Below the pieces are notes generated by a model. The model was not told the origin of the DNA. It made no database searches and saw nothing but the letters and a program-made list of their open reading frames with translations. The position numbers and the translations under genes are program-made. 59,897 nucleotides of DNA from the NCBI GenBank assembly GCA_030141605.1, contig JAQGDQ010001138.1, positions 1-59,897 on the forward strand, in the 5' to 3' direction. Source of the DNA: Tubiluchus corallicola (taxonomy: Eukaryota > Animalia > Priapulida). The stretch's first letter is position 1; the number at the start of each line of letters is the position of its first letter. Of this stretch, positions 13,613 through 27,035 are shown piece after piece.

Positions 13613-15643
13613 TATTCTCTCTTGATAAGTTTAGCGTCTGGAAAGAACTGCATTTCTACTTTACAAATTACCAGTTGATGTTTTTCGTAATTAATTTAAT
13701 AACTGCTTTCTCGTTTCCTGCTCCATCAAAAGGTTTTATCCGTTTCTTTAATCTTTGAACCTTTTCACTAGTCGAGCTATTAGCGTCCTCAACAAAACGC
13801 TGCCCGTTGTTCGCGAGGCACAGTTTCTGGGGTTGTGAGACTGTCTGGCGTCACCTGACCTGCACCACGCTGCGCGCATTTTTAAGCTGCGCCATGAGCC
13901 GCGTTTTTGTTTCAACTGGTAAAATATTTGAAATAGTAAAACCGTTGTTCGCTCTGACTAATGACGCAGGAATTAGACGAAAGTTTTGGTCACTCTCTCA
14001 AATAGAGGCGGCGGCGGCGATTCGACTTATAGGATTAACGGATTATCTACTTATCCCGTGTTGTAGCTAAAGTCAGCTCTTTGTGAAGAGGGTAAAGAGG
14101 GCTTTGTGCTTGGAATGCTTCCCTCCTTTCACGTCTGTAATAATAAAACTCTTTGAGTTTATGTCTCAGCAGCGGCCATTGTGTGGAAAGCTCGTAAAGA
14201 AAAGTCTGAATTTTGTGACATTTTGACCTTAAAAACTTTCAATGAGGTTTAAAAGAAAGCTCTGATGAGCACGCGTGCGTGCACGGTCTTTGCGCATCAT
14301 GCGTGCTGTGCGTGTATGTGCCTGCTTTATATAGCTACCTCATAAACTCATTATATATACGTCTTTATAAAACTGTCGCGTTTATAATGAAAGCAGCTTA
14401 ATTACCACTTGCAGCAGACTACGATCAGTAGTTAAATTTAATTGCCCCACTACGCTGAAGAACTCGAGCCCTGGACGGCCCTGGACAGTGGTCATTTAAA
14501 GCGCCAGAGAGCTCTGACAAATGACCTAAATCTATTTAAAGCCTTACCTCTCCTTTAAATGACCACTTCTGAATGACTGTACACTTGTAACTTTAAATAG
14601 ATAGCTTGCGAAATGACGATTTAATTGCATTCAACAGCAGAGAGTGTGTGGCCGCTAGCGAAAGTGACCAGTGGCCGAAGTTGTCGGAATGGACTTCAGA
14701 GGCTAGAGAAACGTGAATTTGATAAAACCAGTCCTGAATGAAGGGCACACAAAGTGTGGCACCTGCGCAATTACTGCCCAGCGGTCAGTTGCTAGAATTG
14801 ACCACTTTGTAAAAGTTGAAAAGCTCCGACTGTTTTACTGGGATTTTGGTCAGTTCTTTGACCTGTGGTCATCCATCAGACGGTCACAGATGTATGACAA
14901 AAGTGAAGTTATGTGTGTGTTTGTGCTTTCATACAGCCTTACATTCCTTGCCTTGCTTAACAAGCTGCAGATGAGTGGCTTCACTGTTTAACTTCTGGCT
15001 CTAATCAAAGGCTTCTTCTGCTCTGATAGATGGTGGACAGGTCCAAGTCAACATGGGCTTCAAATGGCAGAACGTGTAACGAAGAAAATCACTCGTCCTT
15101 CAGTTAAAACTGTTTTTGTTACTTCTTTAATGCACCTGAAGTTCGTAGACATACATTGATTGACACAATCTGACATTGACAAGCAAATATGTTTTACTGT
15201 TTTGACTTGATCAGTTAGTCGTGTCTGTTTCGCCGAAAAGGTAAAACTGAATCTAGAAAAAAACGTTAAAAGGCTGTATGATCATTTTGCACCCCTTGGC
15301 TAAAATATCTCGATTGTTCATTTATGAAGCAACTCTAGATAGCGGTCTGTTTCATCGTGATGTTATTTGTTTTCTCGTTTTCATTTCTCGAGTAACACAT
15401 TGCACACAAGTTTTCGTTTTGTGCCCGTAACGATAGAGTTACTTCGGAAAAAAGCATTTCTATAGCAAATATTAATGCCATTCTAAGTGATATATTCACG
15501 AAGAAACGGGTAGTTGATCAGAAAAGAGCATAATAATAGAGCAAAGCAATGCTTCCCATTCCGAACTAAATGTTGTTCAAATGCATGAAAGAGCATTGCT
15601 CCCTAGTTGTCCTTTTTTACCTGAAGCAGGTGATAATGTTTAT

Positions 15644-16087
15644 CCCTTTTAGTCCCAAATTATTTTTTAATAAGGAAAAATTTTTTGTCTTGGTACTTTT
15701 GTCCTTGTTTACACATAATAATTTTTTTCTACCTGTGCCCGCGTGCTAAATATAGCCTGTATCCCACGGGATACATTGGGATTCAATGGAAGCATAAAAT
15801 GTGCTTCATTTTGCAACTGCTGATAATTTTTTAAAGTATTTAAGACATTTAGCATGCATGATATGCTGATCTGTACAAAGTCGTCTCTAACGTACTGTAC
15901 CTTGCGCAGTTTTTTATGCTATGTAGATTTTCTAGTTTGCCATTTTATCACCATTTTTATTCTCTTTTTATTGGCTTAAATCAAAATAACTATTAACAGA
16001 TCAAATAACGGTCAGTTTTAAAATTTTATTAATTTTAAGGGCAGAAAATGTTCTCGTATCCCACGGGATATAATGGGTATGAAAGGG
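15644..16087 (-). mobile_element. piggyBac-like MITE, copy 1 (TTAT target duplication)
   Basis: TTAT|CCCTTTTAGTCCC...GGGTATGAAAGGG|TTAT; reverse-complement match over its whole length to 49068-49527. Confidence 0.88.
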
Positions 16088-17884
16088 TTATGTAAGATAA
16101 AACAAAAAAGTGCAAAAAATGTTCATCTAAAAGTTCATTTACCACAGCAAGTTTTTAGAGTCAGTTTTCCCTCCTACGCACAAATCAATGGTACTTTTTA
16201 TTGCACCTGGCAAAACAAAAGAACGTCGTCTTTCACTTTATAAAGGTTTTACCTATTGCGAGTCTCACGACGCCCAAGCTTGGCATGCCAGTTTTTTTTC
16301 AGTAACATCAACATTGAATACAGCCTCTTTCAGTGATCCAACTAGGGTGCTATGACAACAGAACGCGTGCTACTGATGAATTCTCTGCACATATGGGCAG
16401 CATCTGATGCTGATGCTGATGATTATGAACTAATGATTGCTGAAACCCTGGACCTTTTACATCATCCCTTTAAATACAGCAAGCAACGTATCATGTACAG
16501 TACAAACTGCATATATCACCATTTTCGCACTTAGATAAAGTAGATTTTCTATTTTAAAATTAATATAGAGTATAAAATTATATTTCTGAGTTCAGATTAT
16601 ATAGAGGAGGTAATTATATATTGTTGGTAATTAAAAACAATGCAATGTACTGTGTAGTTAAGTTATTAATGAGAGTCTACAAAAAATTATCTTAAGATAT
16701 AGTGTTTATGGTAGTTTAGTAAAGTAATACACTGCCGCAGTACCAAACCAGCTAAGACTATGTTTATATATAAACTGGATCACTTTCTTTAATGATTTGT
16801 GAAAAGTAGTGCTTATTAACTTGATACAATGGTAACAAAAATTTGCGCGTGTGCCAATGACGTCATCTGAGCTTACACATCAGTATACATAGAATTTTAC
16901 ATGGATTTACATTATAATCCGATAAGCAACTTTCTTACATTCATATCACATCTCTCCCATTGCTAAATCGCCGTTGCCGAAAATAAACACGAAAGAGTAA
17001 GGGTGACAGAATTTGACCTTGGGGAACTCCGCACATGTCAGCCACCGAGTTTTTTCTGCTGCTGCCATCTTTTTCAATCCCATTTAATCTCCTATTTGAC
17101 ACTAAGTATTCGCATGTTTACATTCAAGAGGCTTAGGAGGCTGAGTCAACTACCCTCTTAAAAGCGTTTTAACTTTTTAAAATCTCTCCACATTTTTGAT
17201 TGTCTACGTGGCAGTTTCTTGGTGGTTCGTGTAATAATGGGCTTGTAAGTGCACTAACGTTTTAATCCTCCAGTAGAGGACCTCCGTGTAGTTCATCTGT
17301 GAGACATAATAAACCTGGATTGAAATAAAGCGTCATATCAGTCTAGTTTTGCACCCGGTTGTATCGTGAATCACACTATAGTGAAAGGAACGGTGTTTGG
17401 GTAGAAGAGAGCTTTTTAGCGCCTCCTAAAACAAAACAGGAAGTACTCTCTAGCACTCTATTCAGCGTTTTTTTTGCATTTTTTAATTTGCGAAAAATTA
17501 CACGTAATTTTAAAAATTTAATAATGCAACAGAAACCATGTCTATTGCTGATAACAATATGGTACATCTTTGTCGCCTGCATTTCGATTCATTTTCGATA
17601 CACACGTAACAATGAGATGCGATATTGTTATCAACAACAGCCATTATTTTGCTTACATTATAGAGCCCCAGGTTCCCCAGAAACAAATCAACTATCAAAA
17701 TATTTTTCGGAAAGAAAACGACAATGTAAACGAATGAACGAAAGTGATTTCTTTACCGGTTTATCTTGTTAGGAGATTATTGCATGTTTGTTCACGTTCT
17801 TGGATGCAGTATTTTTGCTGTTACGTACTATATCTTTATATGCAGGTAACGTACCAAACTTGAAATTTGAAAAAGTTTTGATAC

Positions 17885-17933
17885 AGCCTGGGTTTGAACC
17901 CAGGACCTTATGCTTATATGGCAGATTCCTCTA
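17885..17933 (-). mobile_element. tRNA-derived SINE head or tRNA pseudogene remnant
   Basis: Minus strand tagaggaatctgccatataagcataaggtCCTGGGTTCAAACCCAGG: T-arm hairpin with a B-box; no complete cloverleaf. Confidence 0.45.
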
Positions 17934-17997
17934 TTAATCAGAGTCAGTTAGCCTGTAAAATTCTCATGCTTATAGACTCTGATTGGGTCAAAAAATT

Positions 17998-18522
17998 TAC
18001 TCTTTAAAATATCGATAGGAAACGTACTATTTTTTCAAGAATGACTTACGTGAAAGAATTATTAGCACACAAACACAATTTCACGTTTGCGCCATTAGTT
18101 GAATGCATTTCGGAAACACATTGCACAAGAAACAGGTGCTGTAACTTTCTGTTCAGATGTGTTAGTTTGTGACGAACTACACACGTTCAACAGCATGTGA
18201 GTGAGCGCAACGTAAAATTCGAAATGTGAATTTTTATCTTAAAACTGCCTTGTTTTAGTACAACACACTGAATAGCTTACAGTAGCACTGTACTTTCGCA
18301 AAAACGTGCAACACGCTGGAGTATTTTAACAGTTAAAAATTGTTAGTTTGTAATGTTATCAATAATTGGGTTTGCCCGCCATTAACTAAGTTTTTAATCT
18401 ATTATTTAATTATCAGAAACGCTTTGCAGTATTAATTTTTGCGGTGTTAACTGTATTAAAATGTGTACTTTTTATCGGACTTGAAAATTGGGTAGTATAT
18501 GTAAAAATCATCCTGTCTTCCT
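17998..18522 (+). mobile_element. Kolobok-like non-autonomous element, family B copy 1
   Basis: About 520-bp direct match to 47962-48511; both copies end gtcttCCT|TTAA and diverge immediately after. Confidence 0.7.
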
Positions 18523-18545
18523 TTAAGTAAATTTCTAAAATCAAT

Positions 18546-19444
18546 AAATTTTGTAGCTCAGTAACTTCTAAACACTTTGATATCCTATCACTCTATCAAC
18601 TCAGTAAATTTTGTAGCTCAGTAACTTCTAAACACTTTGATATCCTGTCACTCTATCAACTCAGTAAATTTTGTAGCTCAGTAACTTCTAAACACTTTGA
18701 TATCCTATCACTCTATCAACTCAGTAAATTTTGTAGCTCAGTAACTTCTAAACACTTTGATATCCTATCACTCTATCAACTCAGTAAATTTTGTAGCTCA
18801 GTAACTTCTAAACACTTTGATATCCTATCACTCTATCAACTCAGTAAATTTTGTAGCTCAGTAACTTCTAAACACTTTGATATCCTATCACTCTATCAAC
18901 TCAGTAAATTTTGTAGCTCAGTAACTTCTAAACACTTTGATATCCTATCACTCTATCAACTCAGTAAATTTTGTAGCTCAGTAACTTCTAAACACTTTGA
19001 TATCCTATCACTCTATCAACTCAGTAAATTTTGTAGCTCAGTAACTTCTAAACACTTTGATATCCTATCACTCTATCAACTCAGTAAATTTTGTAGCTCA
19101 GTAACTTCTAAACACTTTGATATCCTATCACTCTATCAACTCAGTAAATTTTGTAGCTCAGTAACTTCTAAACACTTTGATATCCTATCACTCTGTCAAC
19201 TCAGTAAATTTTGTAGTTCAGTAACTTCTAAACATTTTGGTATCCTATCACTCTATCAACTCAGTAAATTTTGTAGCTCAGTAACTTCTAAACACTTTGA
19301 TATCCTATCACTCTATCAACTCAGTAAATTTTGTAGCTCAGTAACATCTAAACACTTTGATATCCTATCACTCTATCAACTCAGTAAATTTTGTAGCTCA
19401 GTAACTTCTAAACACTTTGATATCCTATCACTCTATCAACTCAG
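18546..19444. repeat. Highly homogeneous 60-bp satellite, 15 copies
   Basis: Unit taaattttgtagctcagtaacttctaaacactttgatatcctatcactctatcaactcag; only scattered single substitutions. Confidence 0.98.
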
Positions 19445-20145
19445 ATATCCAGCAAAGCTACAGTGAAGGACACGTCAACCGATATGCTTTACCATGAACC
19501 TCGCCGACTCCACTATCCCAACACAAATGGCCTGATTTCGGCAAACTTTAGACAAACTTCAACAACCCACCGCTAGAATTAGCCCTCATAAAGCCATTCA
19601 AATTTGCTTTGAACCTGCTCTATTGGTTCTTTTCTAAATAACTGTGCAACAAAACGTCAGATAATTGTACATACGTGTTACTATTGTGAACAGGTGTTTG
19701 CATATACTCTTAGCTACTTAATTACCGAGTTTTTGAAAAGCCATCTCAAGGTGTGATGTCACGTTCTATAGGTTTAATTACGGCGAGCAAAAACGGCCAA
19801 CGCGCGGTATGAACTTGTTATTGCAAAACTTTTTCACTGTTTGCTTAGAGTTTGTTTTTTCTTGTCCAAACCCTGTAATGCGCAATGCGGGAGCTTTTAG
19901 TCTCCAGTTTGAATTTTTCTGCATATTGGTTGATGGGTCAAAAATAAAGCACCTATATCAGTAACAAATTATGAGTGATAATATAAACACTTTGAACATT
20001 AGGTATTATAAACCCCAGTCCTGTGAGCGAATAATATATGTTAATTTGGAGTAGAAAGCTCGCGCTGTCCGTTCTGTTAAAGTAAACAAACGCTTCAGAG
20101 AAAGCGGTTCAGATTCAAAAACACTTGACAGTGAAAAAATCTTCT

Positions 20146-20345
20146 ATTTATTATTTATTTTTTATTTATTTATTATTATTATCACATTCAGTACAATATA
20201 ATGACATCAAGCACACAGTGACATCAAAATTATTACGTCATATTGTATTAAATTATTACGTTTCATACACTATCGTTATCATAAAAGAATAATTGTACTG
20301 CAGTGGGCTAGAGAAGCAAAGGCTTGTATAAGCCCACTGTCATGT
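20146..20345 (-). mobile_element. 3' UTR remnant of an L2/Crack-clade LINE (or related SINE tail)
   Basis: (TTTA)n tail on the + strand (AAAT on -) and stem-loop CAGTGGGCT...AGCCCACTG (20301-20339) enclosing acaagc...gctt on the minus strand; same architecture as the LINE tail at 50543-50584. Confidence 0.5.
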
Positions 20346-21497
20346 GAACCCGATAAAAAAAGAATGGATGAGTGAACAAAAAAAGAACTGGGAGAAAGGT
20401 TAGATCACACAGGAAGGGCAGAAGGATGTGTTAGTGGAAATGGTAAATCTTAATGACGTAACGAATTTAATCGTGAGATCTGAACTACTATTTGACTACT
20501 CTGCTAGGTTAGAGCCAGCTCAATACAGAAATGTTTTAACTTTAGCCACTAAACTGATTCGAATTGAACCCTTTATTAAGAATTCCTGATTTGCTCATGT
20601 TTCCTACTGTACCATGGCGTCATTTCTACGGTAGCGTTGAAGAAACAAAAACACTAAAAACGGCAGTCAAAGCAAAAACCGTGATCGCGCTAATTTCTAA
20701 GCCACAGAATTTTCGAAGCGGGCCGATTTCATTGACGGGGGGTGGGGGGGGGAGGCTCAGGGGTGACATGTGTTGTGTGGTGTGTACTTTGTTAGTTACT
20801 TATCTGGCTGCAAGCGTGGTGTACAAAACTACGCTGTTTACTATAAATACTGCGCAGTTGTATATATTTTGTACTCGTATAACTTTTTGGCAAAGTTCCA
20901 AAAAATGGGTGCAGGAATGTCATGCTGTTAATTAAAGCTAAAAATCCGAACTGAAAGACTAGAGCATTCATGATACTTTTTTCAAAATTGAGTAATATGT
21001 CAATAATTAACTTAACCCTGTTACTTTATTAATTTAGTTAATTAAACCATACCGTGTCTGAAATTTAAAGTTTACATCAGACCCCGTTTTGCAAATCTAT
21101 GCTTTTGACCACTTAACTCAAGCAGTTTCACGCCAGCGTGTTGCTTCCGTGGTCACTCAGGAACCGGACACGCAGGAAGTGACCAGTGGGCAGTGTGAAG
21201 CTTGTAAACAATGTTTACAAACATTTCCTGGATCTGTCCTTCATGGGATATTGTTCAACAGAAAGCAGCGTAACAGAAACGTACTCCAGTGTCCCGTAGG
21301 CGCATTTGACCTAGAAGTGTCCCGTAGGTGCATTTGACCTAGAAGTCCTACCATCGTTTTCAGATAAGTTGTCAGTTTACTCATTGTTCTTTGGAACAAT
21401 GCCAACCCAATTTTGTTACATATCAGCTGTTAATTAAAAGAATTAATTTAGGAAAAAGTAACAATTTATTAATTAATTAATGAAGGAATTAAAAAAA

Positions 21498-21904
21498 ACA
21501 AGTCACTCAGTATGTTGGGTTGATTTTACCGTTATCACTTAAACTGTTTGTGGTGTGCTAAAGGAAAGAACAAGTCACTCAGCGTGTTGGTTTTATTTTA
21601 CTGTTATCACTTAAACTGTTTGTGGTGTGCTAACGGAAAGAACAAGTAGCTCAGCATGTTGGGTTTATTTTACTGTTATCACTTAAACTGTTTGTGGTGT
21701 GCTAAAAGAAAGGTTAAGTCCCTCAGTATGTTGTGTTGATTTTACTGTTATCACTTAAACTGTTTGTGGTGTGCTAGAGGAAAGAACAAATCACTCAGTA
21801 TGTTGGGTTGATTTTACTGTTATCACTTAAACTGTTTGTGGTGTGCTAAAAGAAAGGTTAAGTCACTCAGTATGTTGGGTTGATTTCACTGTTATCACTT
21901 AAAC
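21498..21904. repeat. 72-bp minisatellite, about 5.5 copies
   Basis: Unit agtcactcagtatgttgggttgattttactgttatcacttaaactgtttgtggtgtgctaaaggaaagaaca. Confidence 0.93.
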
Positions 21905-21959
21905 TTATAACAAAGAAATTTGCTAAGAAGCATAGATTAAAAACATACAGTAAGGGTCG

Positions 21960-22350
21960 TGATGGTTGCTGCCATTCACTTGAAAATCATGACGTAACTG
22001 GGAGACTTCGTGACTTTTCGTAAGCGCATCATGGCTTTTCGTAAACGCTCGATGTTAAAACTAATTCAGATTTTTGCATCCTACTTATTGTTCACGCAAA
22101 AATGTTACAAAATTAGATATCTATTTTCTTCTAAAAGCTCATGATACTTTTGATGACAGGATTGAACGTTGTTTTACTTTCACGACGAATGACGTCATTG
22201 GAAGAAGAATGGGCATTGAAAATGGGAGCGCTCAATGTTGAAATGATCGCGATTTTAAAGTGATTTTACTAATTACACGAGGCGCTTATTGCGGTTTCGT
22301 TATCAAATCTTCCAAGTAAGCCTAACCTCCTAGAAGGCTTGACTTTTCCT
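21960..22350 (+). mobile_element. Kolobok-like element, family A copy 2
   Basis: Homologous to 10180-10497; ends ggcttgacttttCCT|TTAA (22351-22354). Confidence 0.6.
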
Positions 22351-23761
22351 TTAAAGGATTCAGCATTGTTTTAGAACTACAGTCTGTCTTGTATTCAATG
22401 TTGCTTCACTACTAAGCTCCTAGAAGGCTTGACTTTTCCTTTAAATGATTCAGCATTGTTTAGAACTACAGTCACTCATGTATTCAATGTTGCCTCACTA
22501 CTAACCTCCTAGAAGGCTTGACGTTTCCTTTAAAGGATTCAGCATTGTTTAGAACTACAGTCTCTCATGTATTCAATGTTGCCTCCCTACTGAGCTCCTA
22601 GAAGGCTTGACGTTTCCTTTAAAGGATTCAGCATTGTTTTAGAACTACAGTCACTCATGTATTCAATGTTGCCTCACTACTAACCTCCTAGAAGGCTTGA
22701 CGTTTCCTTTAAAGGATTCAGCATTGTTTAGAACTACAGTCTCTCATGTATTCAATGTTGCCTCCCTACTGAGCTCCTAGAAGGCTTGACTTTTGCTTTA
22801 AAGGATTCAGCATTGTTTTAGAACTACAGTCACTCATGTATTCAATGTTGCCTCACTACTAACCTCCTAGAAGGCTTGACTTTTCATTTAAAGGATTCAG
22901 CATTGTTTAGAACTACAGTCTCTCATGTATTCAATGTTGCCTCACTACTGAGCTCCTAGAAGGCTTGACTTTTCCTTTAAAGGATTCAGCATTGTTTTAG
23001 AACTACAGTCACTCATGTATTCAATGTTGCCTCACTACTAAGCTCCTAGAAGGCTTGACTTTTCCTTTAAAGGATTCAGCATTGTTTTAGAACTACAGTC
23101 TGTCATGTATTCAATGTTGCCTCACTACTAACCTCCTAGAAGGCTTGACTTTTCCTTTAAAGGATTCAGCATTGTTTAGAACTACAGTCACTCATGTATT
23201 CAATGTTGCCTCACTACTAACCTCCTAGAAGGCTTGACTTTTCCTTTAAAGGATTCAGCATTGTTTAGAACTACAGTCTCTCATGTATTCAATGTTGCCT
23301 CACTACTAACCTCCTAGAAGGCTTGACTTTTCCTTTAAAGGATTCAGCATTGTTTAGAACTACAGTCTCTCATGTATTCAATGTTGCCTCACTACTGAGC
23401 TCCTAGAAGGCTTGACTTTTCCTTTAAAGGATTCAGCATTGTTTTAGAACTACAGTCTCTCATGTATTCAATGTTGCCTCACTACTGAGCTCCTAGAAGG
23501 CTTGACTTTTCCTTTAAAGGATTCAGCATTGTTTTAGAACTACAGTCTCATGTATTCAATGTTGCCTCACTACTGAGCTCCTAGAAGGCTTGACTTTTCC
23601 TTTAAACGATACAGCATTGTTTAGAACTACAGTCTCTCATGTATTCAATGTTGCCTCACTACTGAGCTCCTAGAAGGCTTGACTTTTCCTTTAAACGATA
23701 CAGCATTGTTTAGAACTACAGTCTCTCATGTATTCAATGTTGCCTCACTATTAAGCTCCTA
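22324..23761. repeat. 89-90-bp satellite, about 16 copies, containing the family A transposon end
   Basis: Unit aacctcctagaaggcttgacttttcctttaaaggattcagcattgtt(t)tagaactacagtc(a/t)ctcatgtattcaatgttgcctcactact. Confidence 0.97.
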
Positions 23762-24021
23762 CCAGCCTTAGATGAGAACGTATTCCATGCTGGGCGTTTG
23801 ACTGGGAGCATGATATAAGTTTACATCATATAACTGTGAGGTCCCGACCTGTACAAATACTTTCTACTAATGAGCGCCCCACAACAATTATATAAACAAA
23901 CAAGTGACGGTATGAAATTTCATTTTAGCGTGCTGCAGTTGTATGTGTGCCATTGGGAGAAAATTTAATTGCGGTTGCATGGATGTGCTCATTCCTAGTG
24001 GGAATAAATGTTAAGAAGTGT

Positions 24022-24069
24022 GGAGAGAGAGAGAGGGGAGTGAGAGAGATAGAGAGAGGGGGAGAGAGT

Positions 24070-24117
<48 letters not shown>

Positions 24118-24543
24118 AGAAAGAGAGAGAATAAGAGAGGAGAGAGACAGAGTGGGAAGGAAGCAGAGATAAAACAGTAAGAGAGAGAAAGAAAGAGAGA
24201 AGGGAAAAGAGTGAGAGAGAAAGAAAGAGAGAAGGGAAAAGAGTGAGAGAAACAGAGAGAGGGGAGAGAGTGAGAGATAAAGAGAGAGAGAGAGAGGAAG
24301 GAAGGAGAGAGAAAAAGAGTAAGAGAGAGAGAAAGAAAGACAAGGGAAAAGAGTGAGAGAAATAGAGGGATTAAGAGACAGAGAGAGAGAGAGCGAGAAA
24401 GAGAGAGTGAGAGAGAGAGAATGAGAGGGGAGAGAGGAAAGAGAGGAAGGAAGGAGACAGAAAAAGATTGAGAGAAGGGAAAAGAATGAGAAAAATAGAG
24501 AGATTAAGAGAGATAGGGGAAGGAAAAAGGAGAGAGAAAAAGA

Positions 24544-24597
<54 letters not shown>
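24022..24597. repeat. Imperfect (AG)n microsatellite
   Basis: Polypurine AG runs; its left flank (23975-24022) is the reverse complement of the flank at 1431-1470. Confidence 0.95.
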
Positions 24598-24601
<4 letters not shown>

Positions 24602-25687
24602 AGAGGCGTTTACATAGGCAAACCATCTCAAAAATGGATATTCTCAGCTTATCAGTACTTAGTAGAAAACGCAGCAGTGAGCTTAGTAACTCGGTTAGTC
24701 GGTCGTTAAAATTGAATTCTCATAAAACTGCTAGACGATATGGAAGTAGGTTGTTCTAGGTGTGGGGCGTAGTAGACAGGTCGTAGCACAGTATAGCACT
24801 CAATATTCACATAGCGTAACTTTAATGGGTTGAACCCTGTAATCTCTTGGATAAAGTGACACCCCGTTGCCCGGGGCAACTGCATCGCATCAACCGGATA
24901 AATAGAAAATGACAAATGATTTTTTGCTGCAGTTTTATGGCTGTTTTCGTGTCATCAGGATGATATTATCACGTGTTATAAACTAGATTAATGTCAAAAA
25001 TACGAAATTACGCCCCCCGTAATGTGTTAGAGATGAGCGGGGAGGATCCAGACGTGGGGCTGCAAGAAACTCACTTCTGCTTCACTGCCAACAGAGGTTG
25101 ACGTTGCTTTCGTGCGGCTTAAATTTTCAACTTCCGCCATTTTCTCTGAACCAGAAGATTTTCGTAACTACAACGACGGCTTGGTCTTTTTTTCGGGAGG
25201 TGGTTGAGTTGGTTTGTGGTGGGTGCTCCATCCGCCTTGGGCGTGAGAGGGCTAATACTGTGACAGTTGCGTAAATCATGTTGGCAAAGGGTTAAGCTGA
25301 AAATGATGACGTGATGATGAGAATTATGGGATACTGTCGCCGCAGGCTAGCCGACAAGACGTCTCGAAAGTTGGGGTGGTGGTGTGTAGGTGGGTCGTGC
25401 GTTTGGGCTGGTGGTAGGTGGACTTTTATAACTCTTGTTTGTTTCTACGTGAAGGTATTTGAATGATCCATAATTCATTAGTATAAACTTGTGGTTTATG
25501 GGCGTTCAACTTGAATTATTGTGCCATTCATGTATTTCTGGAGACCTATGGAATATTATTTACGACTCTCTTTACATCCGTTCTCGTTATACCTTCGCTA
25601 ACAATAGCTTAGGTTTTTTTACTTGTGAAATTGCATCAGTTGTAGAATCGTTTTGCACTTTTTTCCAAGATGTCTCTATCCTTTTAT

Positions 25688-25689
<2 letters not shown>

Positions 25690-25773
<84 letters not shown>

Positions 25774-26087
25774 TCCCATTTTCTCTCCCTCTCTTTCTCT
25801 CTTATCTCCTCTCTCTCTCTTTCTCTCCCTCTCTCTCTCTCTTTCTTCTCTCTCTCCCACTTACATTCTCCGTTTCTTTCTTGCTCTTTCTCGCTTTCTC
25901 TCTTCTCTCTCCCGCTTTTTCTCTCTTTCATTCTCTTTCTTTTTCTTTGTCTCTCTGTCTCTCTCTCGTTTGCTTTCTCTCTCTCTCTCTCTCTCTCTCG
26001 CTCTCTCTCTCTGTCTCTCGCACTGTCCCTCTCTCTCGTATCTCCCCCACTCTCTGTCACTTTCTGTCTTCTCTCCCTCCTGCTTTC

Positions 26088-26155
<68 letters not shown>
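25690..26155. repeat. Imperfect (CT)n microsatellite ending 60 bp upstream of the 26216 acceptor
   Basis: CT runs. Confidence 0.95.
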
Positions 26156-26158
<3 letters not shown>

Positions 26159-26215
26159 CTCTTATTCAGGAAGAGTGCTATCGTTTAGTTTATATTTCTA
26201 TTTTTTCGTCTGTAG

Positions 26216-26443
26216 GTCAATGGGCGTGACGTCAGCAAGGTCAGCCAACAAGAGGCACTAGCTGCATTCTGCTCAGCTGAGGAGCCAATCACGCTCGAGA
26301 TACAACGTTGTGACGTCAACAGCAACAATTCGGCCACGCCCACGACGTCAGAAGTGACGTATTTTCGAAACGAGTTGCATACAGATTTGGAATCTGAAGC
26401 GGCTTTAGATGAAGAGTTTGATGACGTCACTGTTTATTATGAA
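26216..26443 (+). CDS. PDZRN3: PDZRN3/4-like (LNX3/Slip1) internal exon: second half of first PDZ domain plus acidic linker
   Basis: Acceptor ttttttcgtctgtAG and donor GTaagc; 228 nt, phase 0/0. Translates VNGRDVSKVSQQEALAAFCSAEEPITLEIQR...DEEFDDVTVYYE, matching the PDZRN3-family PDZ1 C-half (VNGRDLS..T...AVEAF..AKEPIVVQVLR, recalled). Absent from the ORF track because it has no ATG. Confidence 0.92.
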
Positions 26444-26677
26444 GTAAGCATGTTTGATTAGAATTTAATAAATTAATTACTGAATTGAGATTGGATGCTT
26501 TTCTTGTGCTTTTATTGGTTGCAACGAATTGACGTCATTTCTAAATTTAGAAAACCAACATTAGTCAGACGTTTACTTTGTGTAAACAATGGGGAACAAA
26601 GCAGCCTATGATCCTAATCAACAATGGGAAAACAATATGCGTTATTCTTGTTGCTAAGCAGCAATTTTGTTTTGCAG

Positions 26678-26839
26678 GAAGTGACGTTGCACCGTGACAA
26701 CGTCCAAGAAGAACTTGGCTTGAGTCTCGGTTACGGGATGGGTAATTGTTTCCAGACCGAGGTGATCATCAGTGACATTAAACCAGGTGGGGCAGCTGAT
26801 GCTAATGGACAGGTGCATATAGGTGATCAAATTATACAG
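26678..26839 (+). CDS. PDZRN3: PDZRN3/4-like exon: first half of second PDZ domain
   Basis: Acceptor ttttgttttgcAG and donor GTgagt; 162 nt, phase 0/0. EVTLHRDNVQEELGLSLGYGMGNCFQTEVIISDIKPGGAADANGQVHIGDQIIQ contains the LGL carboxylate loop and the GxI..GDxI PDZ motif. Lies inside track ORF 26624..26962. Confidence 0.95.
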
Positions 26840-27035
26840 GTGAGTTGTTATCTGTTGCTCATCATTGTTGCTGTTACTGTTGCTCATGCTCTTGTTGTTG
26901 CTGAAGCCAGTTGTAGAGTTTACTCAACCTCTGTACTGAGATCAGTATCAGATTCATCATAGGCATTGTCTCTAAGATGAGCCACTGAACTGGCAGACGT
27001 GGCTTGGCCATATATGGATATGGGATTGTGCGGAA

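Noticed and set aside
17885-17933. Functional tRNA gene (also 30200-30222 and 51744-51812)
   Set aside because: Only the T-arm/B-box is recognisable; no acceptor stem or complete cloverleaf.
20905-20931. MGAGMSCC myristoylation-like start as the first exon
   Set aside because: Immediately followed by TAA and no phase-0 donor compatible with exon 26216.
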